A stretch of DNA of 55,152 nt, the filler included, from Sluysia triapertura (taxonomy: Eukaryota), in assembly GCA_046118255.1 (NCBI GenBank). It is 4 parts of 4 records of this genome, joined end to end, with 100 filler letters (N's around TTAATTAATTAA, not from the genome) between each part and the next. Parts side by side here need not be neighbours in the genome. Positions count along the whole stretch, not along the records: positions 1 to 11,117 come from JBJNIA010188698.1; positions 11,218 to 23,151 come from JBJNIA010154825.1; 2 more parts are not named here. One strand, given 5' to 3'. The translations under genes and the position numbers were made by a program. The notes below the pieces were generated by a model. The model did no database searches. It was given only the letters and a program-made list of their open reading frames with translations, and had not been told where the DNA came from. Positions 1 to 12,456 of the stretch are shown here, piece after piece; position 1 is the first letter of the stretch; each line of letters opens with the position of its first letter.

Positions 1-691
1 GTTTATTTTATAATTTAAAACATTTGGTAAATCTAATAACTTGAGAAAATCTCTGAAAATTCGATCAATTAATGTAAATAAAAATTCAAAAATCATATTA
101 TAATCGATAAAATGGATGAGATAACTCATCACAGGATGAACAGAGTCACTACGAATATTTATTTCATCTTTTGTATTTAACACAAAATGAGGTAAGTGAT
201 CACAAAACGTTATTGTTGGTTCATTATGAGAGGTGTGAAATAACTGAATAAAAATGTAACATGTAGTAGAACATTATCTTGTGCTACAAATTTTAAATTA
301 TCTTTACTATGAACAGTCATCAAAATGTTAAATGAAATGACGATATTTTCTTTATTACAACTATAGCGTTTCAGAAAATCAATTGAGATAATAATAAATT
401 TATCAATATTATAAGGTTTGGCTTAATGTAGTACTACTCTTTTTCTCTTTAAACATATTTTCTTTAAGTAATAGAGAATCGAAAAATATGAAATATTTCA
501 TTAAAACGTTCAGTATCAGCGACTGATCTAGTTCTTTAAGGAATAATAAACGCTTACTATATGTATATATTGGATCCAATTACTGGAAACTATAAATTTG
601 AAACAGTTCTTTTATCTGTTCTAAAACTGAGACTGTATCCTGAATTGCGTATGAGAATTGAATAACGTGGGTCTATAAACTCAAAGTTGAC

Positions 692-1063
692 TCATTTGAA
701 TTTCGCATATAAATTTCCAATTATTAAACTAAATAATTTACCACTATTCTCAGTTGATACTAAAGACGACTTCATTAGGATATCAAATGTTTGACAAATA
801 GAACCATATTGTGTTCCACACAACCTTTTAATTTCATTTAACTTTAACTTTATTGTTATACAATCATCATTATAAGTACTGTTGATTTGATAACGAATTT
901 TATTGGTTGTTGATAATATTTTGTAATGTATATTCATCCCTGTGTAAGGTACATAGTGAGGCTGTGCAGAACAATCTTGGAAATGTCTACAAAAATGAAT
1001 TACGTGCCAATTTTCTGTATTAATTTCAAACGGAAGAATAAATTGCACTTTAGCATACTTCAT
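692..1063 (-). pseudogene. Module-1 cargo gene, unknown protein, probably frameshifted; weak Cys/His finger-like segment
   Basis: 123-aa ORF starting about 90 bp from the module-1 CCAAT hairpin. An upstream frame (LYQRNDNIQLVPPPKK) joins via a shift in the T7 run at 1081-1087. FCRHFQDCSAQ followed by SLCTLH in a shifted frame is loosely CCCH-like. Confidence 0.4.
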
Positions 1064-1152
1064 ATCAATATGACTTTCGGTTTTTTTGGAGGAGGAACTA
1101 ATTGAATATTATCATTTCGTTGATATAAAACTGTTCTACTTGAATTTACTGC

Positions 1153-1220
1153 TGATTGGTTATCCAACCAAATCGTGTAAATGATGTTTATATACACGCG
1201 ATTTTGGTTGGATAATCAAT
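1153..1220 (-). promoter_or_regulatory. CCAAT (NF-Y-type) box embedded in an inverted repeat (hairpin 1)
   Basis: Minus strand reads AACCAATCAG. Arms ATTGGTTATCCAACCAAA (1155-1172) and TTTGGTTGGATAATCAAT (1203-1220) have one mismatch. Confidence 0.6.
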
Positions 1221-1251
1221 ATAATTATTACAACAGAATGATTGTGATGAG

Positions 1252-1312
1252 CCATCATCAGTACTGACACAAATCTATTTACAGTAATGAGCAATGTCAG
1301 TGGTGGTGATGG
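1252..1312. ncRNA. Hairpin 2 of module 1 (pre-miRNA-shaped or DNA cruciform)
   Basis: CCATCATCAGTACTGACA (1252-1269) pairs with TGTCAGTGGTGGTGATGG (1295-1312), with two G-U pairs on the + strand and one mismatch. Confidence 0.4.
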
Positions 1313-3519
1313 TAATACAGTGTTTATTTTGATTAAAATTTAATGTTAATGATAATACAAAGATAAAAATAATAATTATAATAATAGCAACAATATGTTA
1401 TTATTATTACCATTATTACAAAAATGCATAAATTCCTTGTAAATCTTCAAAATTCTGTTTTTCATTTTCTTCAATACCTCTTAACATATTTTGAACCAAA
1501 TAAAGTAAAGAATGATAGAATTGAGTATAATAACAACAAAATGTTTTTAAAAATGCATAATTTCTTGTTCATTAAAATTGAACACGAGCTTGCTTTAAAT
1601 TATTTAAATTTCTAACATATTCTAATAAATTTATATGTATTTAAACTAAAGATCCTTAAGTAAAGGTTGTTTTGAATGGGTTTTACGTATATACTTGACG
1701 TTTTATGATATGATAACAGTTCTTTTGTTATGCAGTAAAATGTAGAATGTCAGAGTGAATTTCTAGATAATAACTAATGTTTTTGACTTAAAGCGACATT
1801 TGAACATTGGAATATTATGAGTAAAAGATACATTGAGAAGAGTGTGGTTTAGTGAGTGTGAAAAAGATAAACTACAGCATAACTCTCAGTATATTTGAAA
1901 GGTTATTGTGCCATGTTAACAACGTGATTAGCTCTCTTGCTGCTTTTTAAGTGGTATTATGTTTTGTGCTATTAAGGATTATGTGATAATAATTGATGAC
2001 TTTGAAAGGTTGTAATTGATTCGAAGATGTCGAGTGGATAATTTCGAATGTGATTAAGGTTTGATTGTTATGAATGTAGAGTAACATGTTTTAATTGGAT
2101 CTGTTGATGTAAATTGATGGTATTGTGTATGAATGTGGTTTGTATAATTATGAGATAGTGAATATGACTTAATTTTGGCAGATAAACTGTTTTAGTGAGT
2201 GATGAGAAAATATATATGTGAATGTTAAAGTGTTCAAAAATTAATTTTTAATAAATTTTAGTAGTTGTGAAGGTTGACCACCACACTTACGATGTCAGAT
2301 TTACTCATTTAAGGGCTAACACGTAAGTGGCATGTAAAAATTAAGGTTATTAATAAATGTTTAGCTATTCGGAGCTCAATATACGAAAAAGATTTATTTC
2401 ATGAAATTGGAAATAGTGTCAGAGATTCATTTTTCGTCTTTATTGCTGTGACGATTTAAATAATAATTTTACATAAGATCCGATTAAAAAGGATCTATAA
2501 ACAAAGTTAGCATTTGATTTGGTTATATAACGTGGATTTAAAATTAGATAATAAAGCTAAAGTTGGTCTACTTAGAATTCATTTGGTAAGCGATAGAATA
2601 CAATAGTCAATAAACATAAACAACTAATTTCAATAGTCAATACATAAATAAATATAAACAACGAAATTCTATTAATTTTATTTACAAATGTTATTTTAAA
2701 TTATTTTTTGTTAATACATTTACAAAATGATTTACAAATAAATTAATTTATTTATTAATTAATTTATTATTATTTTTCCTTTACAAATGTACCAGTATTA
2801 AAAAATAAATCAAGTTACAGATAGTTGTATAAATTTCGTGAATTATAAATAAATCATAACATGACAACCGTGACAGTTATAATCATTATGATAAATTTCG
2901 AATTTATTATTTTGAATTAGACGATAGTTTGTTTGTCAAAAACTCATCACAGGATCATTAATAGATAATGGCAAGACGAAAATTCGACAAAAATTAATGT
3001 TCACTTTTGAGTATTAAAAATGATCGGCATAATAAGCATGCATTATCGGCATGCACAATAATAAAGTGGAATTCTCGACTTAGGAATTATCTAAATATGT
3101 AATTTGTGTGAATAAAGAAAAGCTGAATAAGTGAAAATGGACAATGTAAAGTTTCGTAAAATGTAAGTTATTTTAGGTTTTGGTTATAACGAATAGTTAT
3201 TGATATAATTGGAATAAATTATTTACTTGACAAATGATAAAGTTTGCTGCGAAGTTTTCACTTATTTATGTTTTTGGTTTGTGACAGTGGAGGGTATACT
3301 ATTTAAATACACAAAATAGTAAAGACTTCAACAGGAATTTCATCTTTAAGATACCATTACGTTAAATGTTTATTAAGTTTGCTTCAACAACTTACATTAT
3401 AAATTAATTCAAGTCTCTTTACGTTATATATATTCAGTCGATTAATTCTGTTAAACTCATGATTCTTGACCTGACGTATGCAGGTGATATTTTACTTATT
3501 AATTGCATTACCTTCATTC

Positions 3520-4260
3520 CTTAATTTTCTTATTTCTTCTAACACGATTTTTACATGATTCTTGATTCAGCACTTTTGAAAACTTCATCACACAACATTA
3601 CATTCGATTTTATAAACCTAATATACACAGATTCTATTTATCAAAACCCGAGCATAAACCCTTAACATTACATAATCTGTACATCTTTAACATCTTAATA
3701 TTACACAACCACTGCATTCCAAAAACTTATACAACCCAACAGTCAACAAAGTAACCCCATTAACAACACAAAATTCAACTACGTAAAATACATAATATTT
3801 CAAAAGGTATGTTTAAGATCAAACATGATTGAGTTTATAAACTGACACTTTAAAAGTGATAAAAATGAAATTATTTTGTTATTTACATTTTAAATACGAA
3901 TTAATTACTACACTTAAAATTATTAAGTCATTTTCATAAATATATGAAATACATTTTCGATTACTTCTTAGATAACAAAAACATTAGACTTATTTCAAAA
4001 GTTTTACTTAAAACAAATGAGTCACATTCAAACTTAATCCACTCGACTTAACATGTCTTTGCTAACATCATCATCATTATACCATCCAACAGATTTAAGT
4101 TTAAATTCTAAATATACTCACCAATTACTTACAATTTTTAAGTCACAAAATTAATTCTTATTCGAATATGAAAATGACGAATTGCAGCACTTACTTGATC
4201 TAATACTTTACCATTTCGAGTTTTAACAATCATTTCATATATGACTTATTAACTTTATCG
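3520..4260 (-). repeat. Truncated inverted copy of the module body (C/A-rich on + strand)
   Basis: TCACATTCAAACTTAATCCACTCGAC (4022-4047) matches the reverse complement of GTCGAGTGGATAATTTCGAATGTGA in module 1 (about 2029-2053); the strand skew is mirrored. Boundaries approximate. Confidence 0.6.
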
Positions 4261-4692
4261 AGTACTGAAAATGATGCTAGATCAAAATCAGACTGAATGT
4301 TGCATGAAAAACTATCATAGAACCAGGAAGAGTTAGATAATTTAATTTACTTTGAATGCTGATTTATACTTTAATTTATTAATTCTATATAAATTAAATT
4401 ACTTCTTAGGGACTTAAGGTACGACGTAAAAATTTGATTTAAAATAAAATAATTACAAAAGGCTTAAGATCCATTATAAACTTTGAATAAAAGCAAAATA
4501 AATTGGCTGTGATTTATTTTACGAAAAACAAGACGCAAATTTGAACGTGCATGAATAAATACGAAATTGGCATAGTCGATATAGAAATGAATCTTTTTCA
4601 AACATCCAACGGAGCAAGTGATAAGTAGAATGTTACACATGCATTTATTCGCATTGAAATAGTTATCGAAACAATACGACACACCGATGTGC

Positions 4693-5202
4693 TTAGTTTG
4701 TGTGAGTCATGACTTCTTGAGTAAAATAAGCAGGATTACCAGATTCGAACATATCTTCTAGATCTTCATTTGTTATACTTCGTTTGGCAATGTCCATTTG
4801 CTTATTAATTCTATCTCTACAAATATCTCGATAAGGAACTGAAACAGCCATAACTTCGATGAAGTTTCTTGATATAGTCGCATACTGGGTTTTTCTTACT
4901 CGCAAATCCCACGACGATTTATAGGAAGCTTCATATTGTTCAATGCTTTGTTCAATATTTTTTAATTTTTCTTTGTTTCTACAATTACTTCGACTTGAGT
5001 TCTTTTTTGTTTTGATGAGGAGAAGATGGAATACCACTATGTTTATTTTTAACATCTTCTACCACATTCTTATCTGCTCAAACTCTCTTCGCATCTCTTC
5101 CATCTGAGTAAGAAAGCTCAATCATCTACCGCTGTCGATCCAAATTAATGGAATTACCTTGCATGCTGTTTTCATTTTCAATATATAATCAGGTAGATCC
5201 AT
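4693..5202 (-). pseudogene. STX1: Syntaxin-1-like pseudogene (Habc domain and linker), frameshifted, no introns seen, SNARE/TM part missing
   Basis: Pieces in different frames: [34 protein letters not shown] and [40 protein letters not shown]...[21 protein letters not shown]. These match the recalled syntaxin-1 motifs [31 protein letters not shown] and EELEDMLESGNPAIF. Confidence 0.9.
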
Positions 5203-8200
5203 AAATCTATAAAAACGATATAAAAGCGATTTACAAGAAAAAATTTTATAAATTTTTAAACTTCTGTATTAAAACAAATTTTTTCTTTGTTAATAACAGA
5301 TATAATGAAATAAAAATAATAAAATTCTTCATAGTTTTTCTGGAACTTTACTTCTATTGCACTTAATTCTTGAAGGTCTTAAAACCATATTGGTTATAAA
5401 AACTAAGTTTCTGACATAACTTCGATTAAATTATATAATGAATAGTTGATGTCAGAATCACAATCAAATACTGCTGTACTGCAGAAAGATATTATATACA
5501 TGTTTACAGTTTGTGAAGTTAAAAAGAATTTACAACAAATAATAATTATGACGCTAATAGTGATCGTAAGAAAAGGGACTGTGATGTTGAAATAGAATAA
5601 GACTAATATTATCATAATTAATTATTATAATATTAATATGAGTGATTTATAATTTGCGTTAAAAACAGTGAGGTGATAATGTATAAAATAGGTTCTATTT
5701 TATGGCAATAAAATCACTCACTCAATTTGAAAAAATTTTGGAAAAACATAAAAATAATGTCATATAGTTTCAAAATAAAATGTATTTATAAAAAAATTGT
5801 AATAATAATAAAATAATGAGTGTTATTACTAATTAAAAAGAAAAACGTCATTATTATTAATTAAAATTCGAATGTTAATTTAAAAATTCATTCGAGATTA
5901 ATATTTGATTCATAATTTCAATTATTTAAATCATGATTGTGTAAATAGTAATGTATTAGTCTAGGTAAGCCTACATTGTGATTAATTAAATTTTGTTGAA
6001 TTCTGATTAAATGCATAAATAATAATTAATAATGATTATTAAATACTAAATTGTGCAATAATATGAATTAAATTAAATTTTGTTATAAAAATATTATTAA
6101 ATTATTTACAATCACTATATAACATATATTTTGCAGTACAATAATACTGTAGATCTGTTATAGTGTTCCTGAAGATATAATACAGTTCCACTAAAGACAA
6201 TACAGTTTAAATTAAAGATGCAGTACAATAAAGTCAGGTCTATTAAAATATAATAAACTACACAATTCAACCATCAGAATAAATCTTAATCTTAAGCTAA
6301 GATTTTAAATAGAATAACCTTTAAGTCGTATTGTCTGAAAATATTAATATCACTGGTCATAAACGAAGGTTCAGTACAAATTGAAACACAAATGAAATTA
6401 GTGTAACCATAACAAATAATACTAACAATAGAAACGAAATAAACATTCAAAAAATGTCAATATATATCTATCAACATTCAATAATAATATATAACAATGC
6501 AGGACCAATATTAAACACTTAGAAAATAAATTTCAACAATCTTTTAATTCACATTTTAGTGCAATAAAACATTTCTTTATAGAATCGTGAATTAATCGAA
6601 ACAATATGTAACTTTACCTTAGTGTTTTTCCTAACCTTACAAAGTAAAGCAAACTTACAAGTGAGTCCACTAACGTAGTAGGATTACCGTTTAGGGCTAG
6701 CCTTTGGATTTTTAAGTCAAATTGAAATTTAATATGGAGGTTGTCAACTAAAATTTAATGTGGAAATTAAATATATATATTTTAAAATTTTATGAAATTA
6801 ATTCAGGTTAGTTATTGAGATTTTTCGTAAATCATATGAAAAGGATTTGTTTTAATTGATTTTACGAATCGGAATGAAATTCTGATAAAGCTTCAATGCT
6901 CAGGCGATTTTATAGTTTTAAAGCTATACTATTTATATTCAAAGAACTCAAAATGTTAAATTAATTATATTACAAAAATTGGTTAAATGTTGTGTTACAA
7001 AAGTTTAATAATACAATTACAAGGATAATTGTTAGTTTGCATAATTAACTAATCGTTAATCTATTAAAAGAATATTTCCAATAAGATTTTTCGCCAGAAC
7101 CACTAAAAGGTTCCAAATATTAATAAAAAATGAATTTACGTGGATTTTTAGTTTGATACTTATGAGTATCTAAATCTTACAGAAATAAACTATCGTTTTA
7201 CAAATAATTAAATTTTTCTTTAAATGAATCCTAATCTTCGATTGTGAGGAGAATATACTACTGTATTTTTTATTGACAAGCGAACAGAAATTTTACTGTA
7301 TTTGGTTTGAAACTTTAGGTGTATTTTATAAATTTTGTTGTGAGAGAATGCAGATTTTATGTCTATTTATAGGTATTTTTGTTGACATTGAATATTTTTA
7401 AACAAATATTTGATTTTTTGAAATTTTAGTATTTTCAAAAATAATACTTAATTTAATATGTACAAATTTAATTACTTACATCGTAATTTTATCCAAATAT
7501 TATCCAAATATAAAACAAATATAAATTGTCTAATAATAAAAAATCAATAAAGTTTTAGCAAGTCATTATAAATCAGTTGTACGTTTTATCAAATCAGTAG
7601 TGTGTAAAGCATTAGTGTGTCTAAAACAAAATCAATCATTGTTTACAATTTCAATTAAAATATCAGAAAAAATGTCAATCGATATATAAAAAGCTCTGAG
7701 TGAAAATTTACTGAAATATTAAGTATAGTTTTTGATAGAAATATAACAATTTATATGAGATATAAAATGAGAACTTTCCACAAAGACACAAAGAAACAAA
7801 GAAACAAAAATAATTATTCGATTTGATTTTGAATTACTCAAATTTGATTTAACTATTTCACAGTTGACACGATGGAAAAGGCAACCAGCTTCTATATTAG
7901 AAATGAGACAGACAATAAAATATTCGTAAAGAAATGTTTATCTTAACAGTAGCACAAAGAATTTAACAGTGATTACAACAATGACAACAATATTAAATAA
8001 AACAAAAAACAACAATAATAATGACGATAATTTACTAAAATGGGAATATGTTTAAGGGTTTAGACACTTTACGAATCGTTGTGCGAATATTCAAATTGAA
8101 ATTATCATTTTAGACGAATGACGGATGTTTGAGGTTTATCAATTAAGATTAATGAGATTTAAAGAATAGAATTATAATAAGAATTGTAATACACAGTGAA

Positions 8201-8859
8201 AATATTATTGAAGTGAACTGCAGATCAAGCACACTAATCATAAATATACTACACAAACAGAAACAATCTTCACGTGGCATAACAACACAAATCAAACATA
8301 TCTTTATCAATAACAGCCATAATAATGATAACAATATGCGTTGCAATATCGACACAAACGTAAACTAAAATTTAACTTTATCGTTACAATATTGTTGTCA
8401 AAATTGTCATTATTTGGTTGTTTTATCGTATTTCGCCTATTCTCTTATTATCTCTTATCGAGCTTGGTATCCATGGACTCAATTTGTAAATTGTCATTAA
8501 CTAGTACACCTTGTATATTCAATAATATTAATTCAATCTTAAATAATTTAAATTTATGCATTTCAACGTCTCTGACATATCGTTGAGAGATTAGTTCTGT
8601 AAAATAATGAATATCGAAAGATAATAATATTGAATTATAAAAGGTGTCACTGTTACATAAAAATAGGAAGTTTGCATATTTAATAATTTCATTTAATAAA
8701 ACTTAATCATATATTATATATATTAAGTTGATGGAAAGGTTGAACCACCACATTATCATATTTTATGCGAACATGCAGTGATTCTAGAAGAGCCTGAGTT
8801 GAATCTGAATGATTTTGATCTTATCTTAAATTGCCTCAATTTAAAACTATAAAGATATA

Positions 8860-9170
8860 TCAAAAAGAGTTACATTTTCAATAGTTAAGAATGTATATAA
8901 TTTAAGTAAGTTAGAGTTACAGAACAATAAAATAGTAAACTTATCAAAGAGTTATTTCATACTTTTTAAGAATGGAATTCTGATGTCATTAGATTTGGTG
9001 AAAGGTAGAGTAAGATGTACCTCCAAGATGTATTCGATTATATCAAGAAACATTGTACATGTCATTGTTTCACGTAATAAAGAAATGTCAGATAATGGAG
9101 TACTGTATACTCATATTGTGCGTGTCATTCTTCAGGAGAATATTTGAATCAACATATGTTTTGTTCTTTA
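8860..9170 (+). pseudogene. Possible decayed SWIM-type zinc-finger ORF (transposon-associated)
   Basis: SYFILFKNGILMSLDLVKGRVRCTSKMYS... followed, after a frameshift, by YSYCACHSSGEYLNQH (CxC...H). Resemblance only. Confidence 0.25.
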
Positions 9171-10021
9171 ATTAATGTAACATTGAATCGCCTCAACGTA
9201 TCTTACAGTTCAATTTATTATGTGAAATATATCTTCAATCATGTATAAAATGTATTTTTTAAATATTAACGATATCAATTTTTAAAATTAAAATTATTGA
9301 AGGAACTTAATATAAGTAAAAATAAGTTTATTAGCGAAACTGTATTTTATGAATTAGAGAATTTATTGACCCATGGATCTCCACTGTTGAACCATTGACA
9401 TCATTTTGAGTATTTGGTACCTTTACAACATCTCCTTCAATTCGGCACATTTCTTCCGCAGTTTCGATATTTTGTTTAATAATGTAAGATGGACAAAGTG
9501 ACGGTACAAATGAGTCATACTCGATATAAAAATGGAAGTTATAATTTAATTTTCAAATTATATAATAATTCGTATAAATATTAATATTAATAAAGTATTT
9601 ATTTTGTAATTCAATAAATAAATAAAATAATAATGATAATAATAATAATAATGATAATAATAATAATATATTATAAATGATATGGAAATTTAAATTGAAT
9701 AAATTGTGTTGTATTTAGTCTCTATGGTTACTTTAGTTGTTCTGATTCCTATAATAACAGCAGCAGTTGTATTTATAATTAGAGGTTAGTTTAAAATAAT
9801 AATAATAATCATCATCACTCTAATCATTTATATGATGATTTCTACATAAGCTAATTAATTTCGAAATTTATTGGCAGTTATTATCGTGATTATTTAATCA
9901 TATTTGTTCGTAATTAATTAATTTAGTAATAATTTTCTGTCAGTTATTATGTGTCAAATAAGCTAATTAAATTCATTGACAGTTGTCAAAATTGCTGCTA
10001 GTCGGTAGGTACAACGAGACT

Positions 10022-10446
10022 ATGATGCAGTATAAAGTTATTTCTGAGAATATTAATGACTAAATGGGCGATATAGCTGTATTAGAAAATAATGACGACG
10101 ATTTTTAATTGCTGCATGTAAAATTGGAGATGATGATCAAATAGACACTGCTTTTAAAAGATGCTTCCTCGATATAGTTGTAGATGATAATGTGAACGAC
10201 AACTCATTCTTATGTGATTCTGTCGTTGTGATTGCTGATTGTCATAAAGGAAAAGTACTGTTCAAACATTCAAATAATGCATTGAATAATTTTGATTTTG
10301 ACATTGTTTTATCTTTTAGTAATCAAATTGAATTTAAATTGTCTTTTAATGATCCAGAATATATACGTAGAAAGTATTTAGTTAAAGCATCATATTACAT
10401 CAGCTCAATGAGACTAATGAAATATTTATTTTTTTCGTCATGCTAA
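10022..10446 (+). pseudogene. Decayed cadherin-repeat fragment
   Basis: YKVISENIND*MGDIAVLENNDDD then (shifted frame) LDIVVDDNVNDNS; resembles the cadherin xSEN...DxD and DxNDN motifs. One stop and one frameshift. Confidence 0.45.
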
Positions 10447-10764
10447 ATTTAAATCTTGTTTCATCTTCTAATGCTTGCTATTGTCAATATCGTCTATATA
10501 TTTTGAATTGAATTACTCATAGATTTCCTCAAATATCAATCATCAAAGATAGTTTTCCTTGCTTATCAAATTAAAAATATGTTCTCAATTGATTTATCCT
10601 CAAATAAGATAATAAAATCGTGAAAGATCCAAATTTGTTGATATTATACTTGCAGCAATATCGAGATTAACTGTGAAAATGTTTATATTTATAATAATTT
10701 TTCTATTATATTAAATAATATTCTATACATGAGTGATTTTTCACATTGAATTTTTTAATAGTAT

Positions 10765-10780
10765 ATTATTATTATTATTA

Positions 10781-10824
<44 letters not shown>

Positions 10825-11042
10825 TTATTCTATTATTTTAGATCAAAAGAGAAAAAAATATATAAGGATGGGTTAGTAATTTCATAATCATAATTAAATA
10901 GAATATCTGACAAAATAGAAATATTATAAGAAATATTATAATTATAATAATTATAATTATAATTAATAATTTATAATAATTCTTGTAATAATTAATTGTA
11001 ATAATAATTATTTTTCCGTCTGAAATTTTAAATGTTATACAC

Positions 11043-11100
<58 letters not shown>

Positions 11101-11117
11101 TTATTATTATTATTATT
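10765..11117. repeat. (TAT)n microsatellite tracts running into the contig end
   Basis: Long TAT runs at about 10765-10822 and 11045-11117. Confidence 0.9.
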
Positions 11118-11217
11118 NNNNNNNNNNNNNNNNNNNNNNNNNNNNNNNNNNNNNNNNNNNNTTAATTAATTAANNNNNNNNNNNNNNNNNNNNNNNNNNN
11201 NNNNNNNNNNNNNNNNN
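11118..11217. other. Assembly gap with artificial TTAATTAATTAA linker
   Basis: N44 + TTAATTAATTAA + N44, identical at three sites; the linker contains stops in all six frames. Confidence 0.97.
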
Positions 11218-11259
11218 TGTTTCATTTGTTGACCGACCCGACCGACCGAGCGACTGAAC

Positions 11260-11390
11260 AATTTTCCGATTCCCGACAGAATGATACCAACCTAATCTTG
11301 TAATGATGAAACTATCTGTTATAATTAATAACAGGTAGTTTCATCATTACAAGATTAGGTTGGTATCATTCTGTCGGGAATCGGAAAATT
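11260..11390. repeat. Near-perfect 63-bp-arm palindrome
   Basis: 11260-11322 is the reverse complement of 11328-11390 with one mismatch; 5-nt spacer AATTA. Confidence 0.95.
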
Positions 11391-11572
11391 ACTAAATAAC
11401 AACAGAAAATCATTAGCACCACATAAACTATATTTAAAATATGATTATATTTTAAGAATAATATAAAGTTGCTTTCCTACTATTAATATGTAATCACATT
11501 TCTTAAATGCACATAGATGATTCTAGATTAGTAAAAAAGCATATTGCTAATGTACATATTTACTAATATTAA

Positions 11573-11793
11573 CACATTCTTTGCGGGGAACGTGTTAAAC
11601 ACGTTCTGCATATAGTATTGTGTGCGAGAGCCGACAAAACTCGGATTTTACGAATAAGTGATTGGTTGCGGGAACAGTTGTATCGCCTGCTACCAACTTA
11701 TGGCATCATTATTTTATTTATTTTTTGCGCAAAAGTCCAAAAATCACCCGCTTTTCAGTTTTGATTGGGGTAAAGTAGCCCGCATAGAAAGTG
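11573..11793. mobile_element. TTAA-flanked (piggyBac-type) MITE, 221 bp
   Basis: TTAA on both sides (11569-72, 11794-97); TIRs CACATTCTTTGCGGG / CCCGCATAGAAAGTG (13 of 15 match). Confidence 0.8.
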
Positions 11794-12225
11794 TTAACTT
11801 AAATGGCAAGAAAAAATAAATAGAATTAATATTTACAAACCGAAAAATGGGAAAAACCAAAAAAATTATCATCAATGTTATTTTCAAAAAAAATAGTGCA
11901 TGTGGGCTACATTTTCGTTTATCGTCTCATTGGTTTGCCAGTTGATTTCTTACCCATTTCGTTGCCTCCATCGCTTCGATGTTGGCATTTTTTACCGGCT
12001 CTTTTGGATTCTTGATTTTCATTGATTCTTGAACCATTTCAACAACCTGATTTTATATGAAAACTAGTATTTCCTAATTCATATTCTGCAGAACTTGTAT
12101 TTATTAATTTTTAAATATTTTTATCCTGAATCTCCAAATAGTCCTCCAATAATCGAAAATGTTGAATTAATAAATTACTTTTACTTTAGAATTTTGACTT
12201 TTTGAGCTTTCTATCAGTAAGTGTA

Positions 12226-12456
12226 CAGTAGACTCCCGTATAACGCGATTAATATGTTACGTGTTGTATGAAATCGCGTTATAGGAAATCGCGTTGAACG
12301 AGGAAAAACTTGTATAACGCGAATGATGTTTGCATGTAAAAGTGAATTCCCGTATTTTATTCTATACCGCGTTATACGGGAATCGCGTTATATGAATAAA
12401 GTCGTCGCACTTCTTTTAACGCGTTGTATAAACTCGCGTTATACGGGAGTCTACTG
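12226..12456. mobile_element. Tc1/mariner superfamily (pogo/Tigger-like) MITE, 231 bp
   Basis: Perfect TIR CAGTAGACTCCCGTATAACGCGA, TA target duplication on both sides, and internal CGCGTTATA subrepeats. Confidence 0.92.

Larger units (their letters stand above)
1153..2285 (+). repeat. Dispersed module copy 1 (CCAAT hairpin, hairpin 2, TAA-rich tract, ATGCATAAA box, G/T-skewed body, CCACCACA end)
   Basis: Same element order and visible sequence similarity to the copies at 17300, 21190, 45788 and 49550; ends GGTTGACCACCACA at 2272-2285. Confidence 0.85.

Noticed and set aside
1153-1320. H/ACA snoRNA interpretation of the double hairpin
   Set aside because: ACA follows hairpin 2 closely only in copy 1, and there is no consistent H box or pseudouridylation pocket across copies.
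11162-11173. TTAATTAATTAA palindrome repeated three times
   Set aside because: Always centred in a 100-bp N block, so it is a scaffolding linker. Adjacency across these gaps is not assured.
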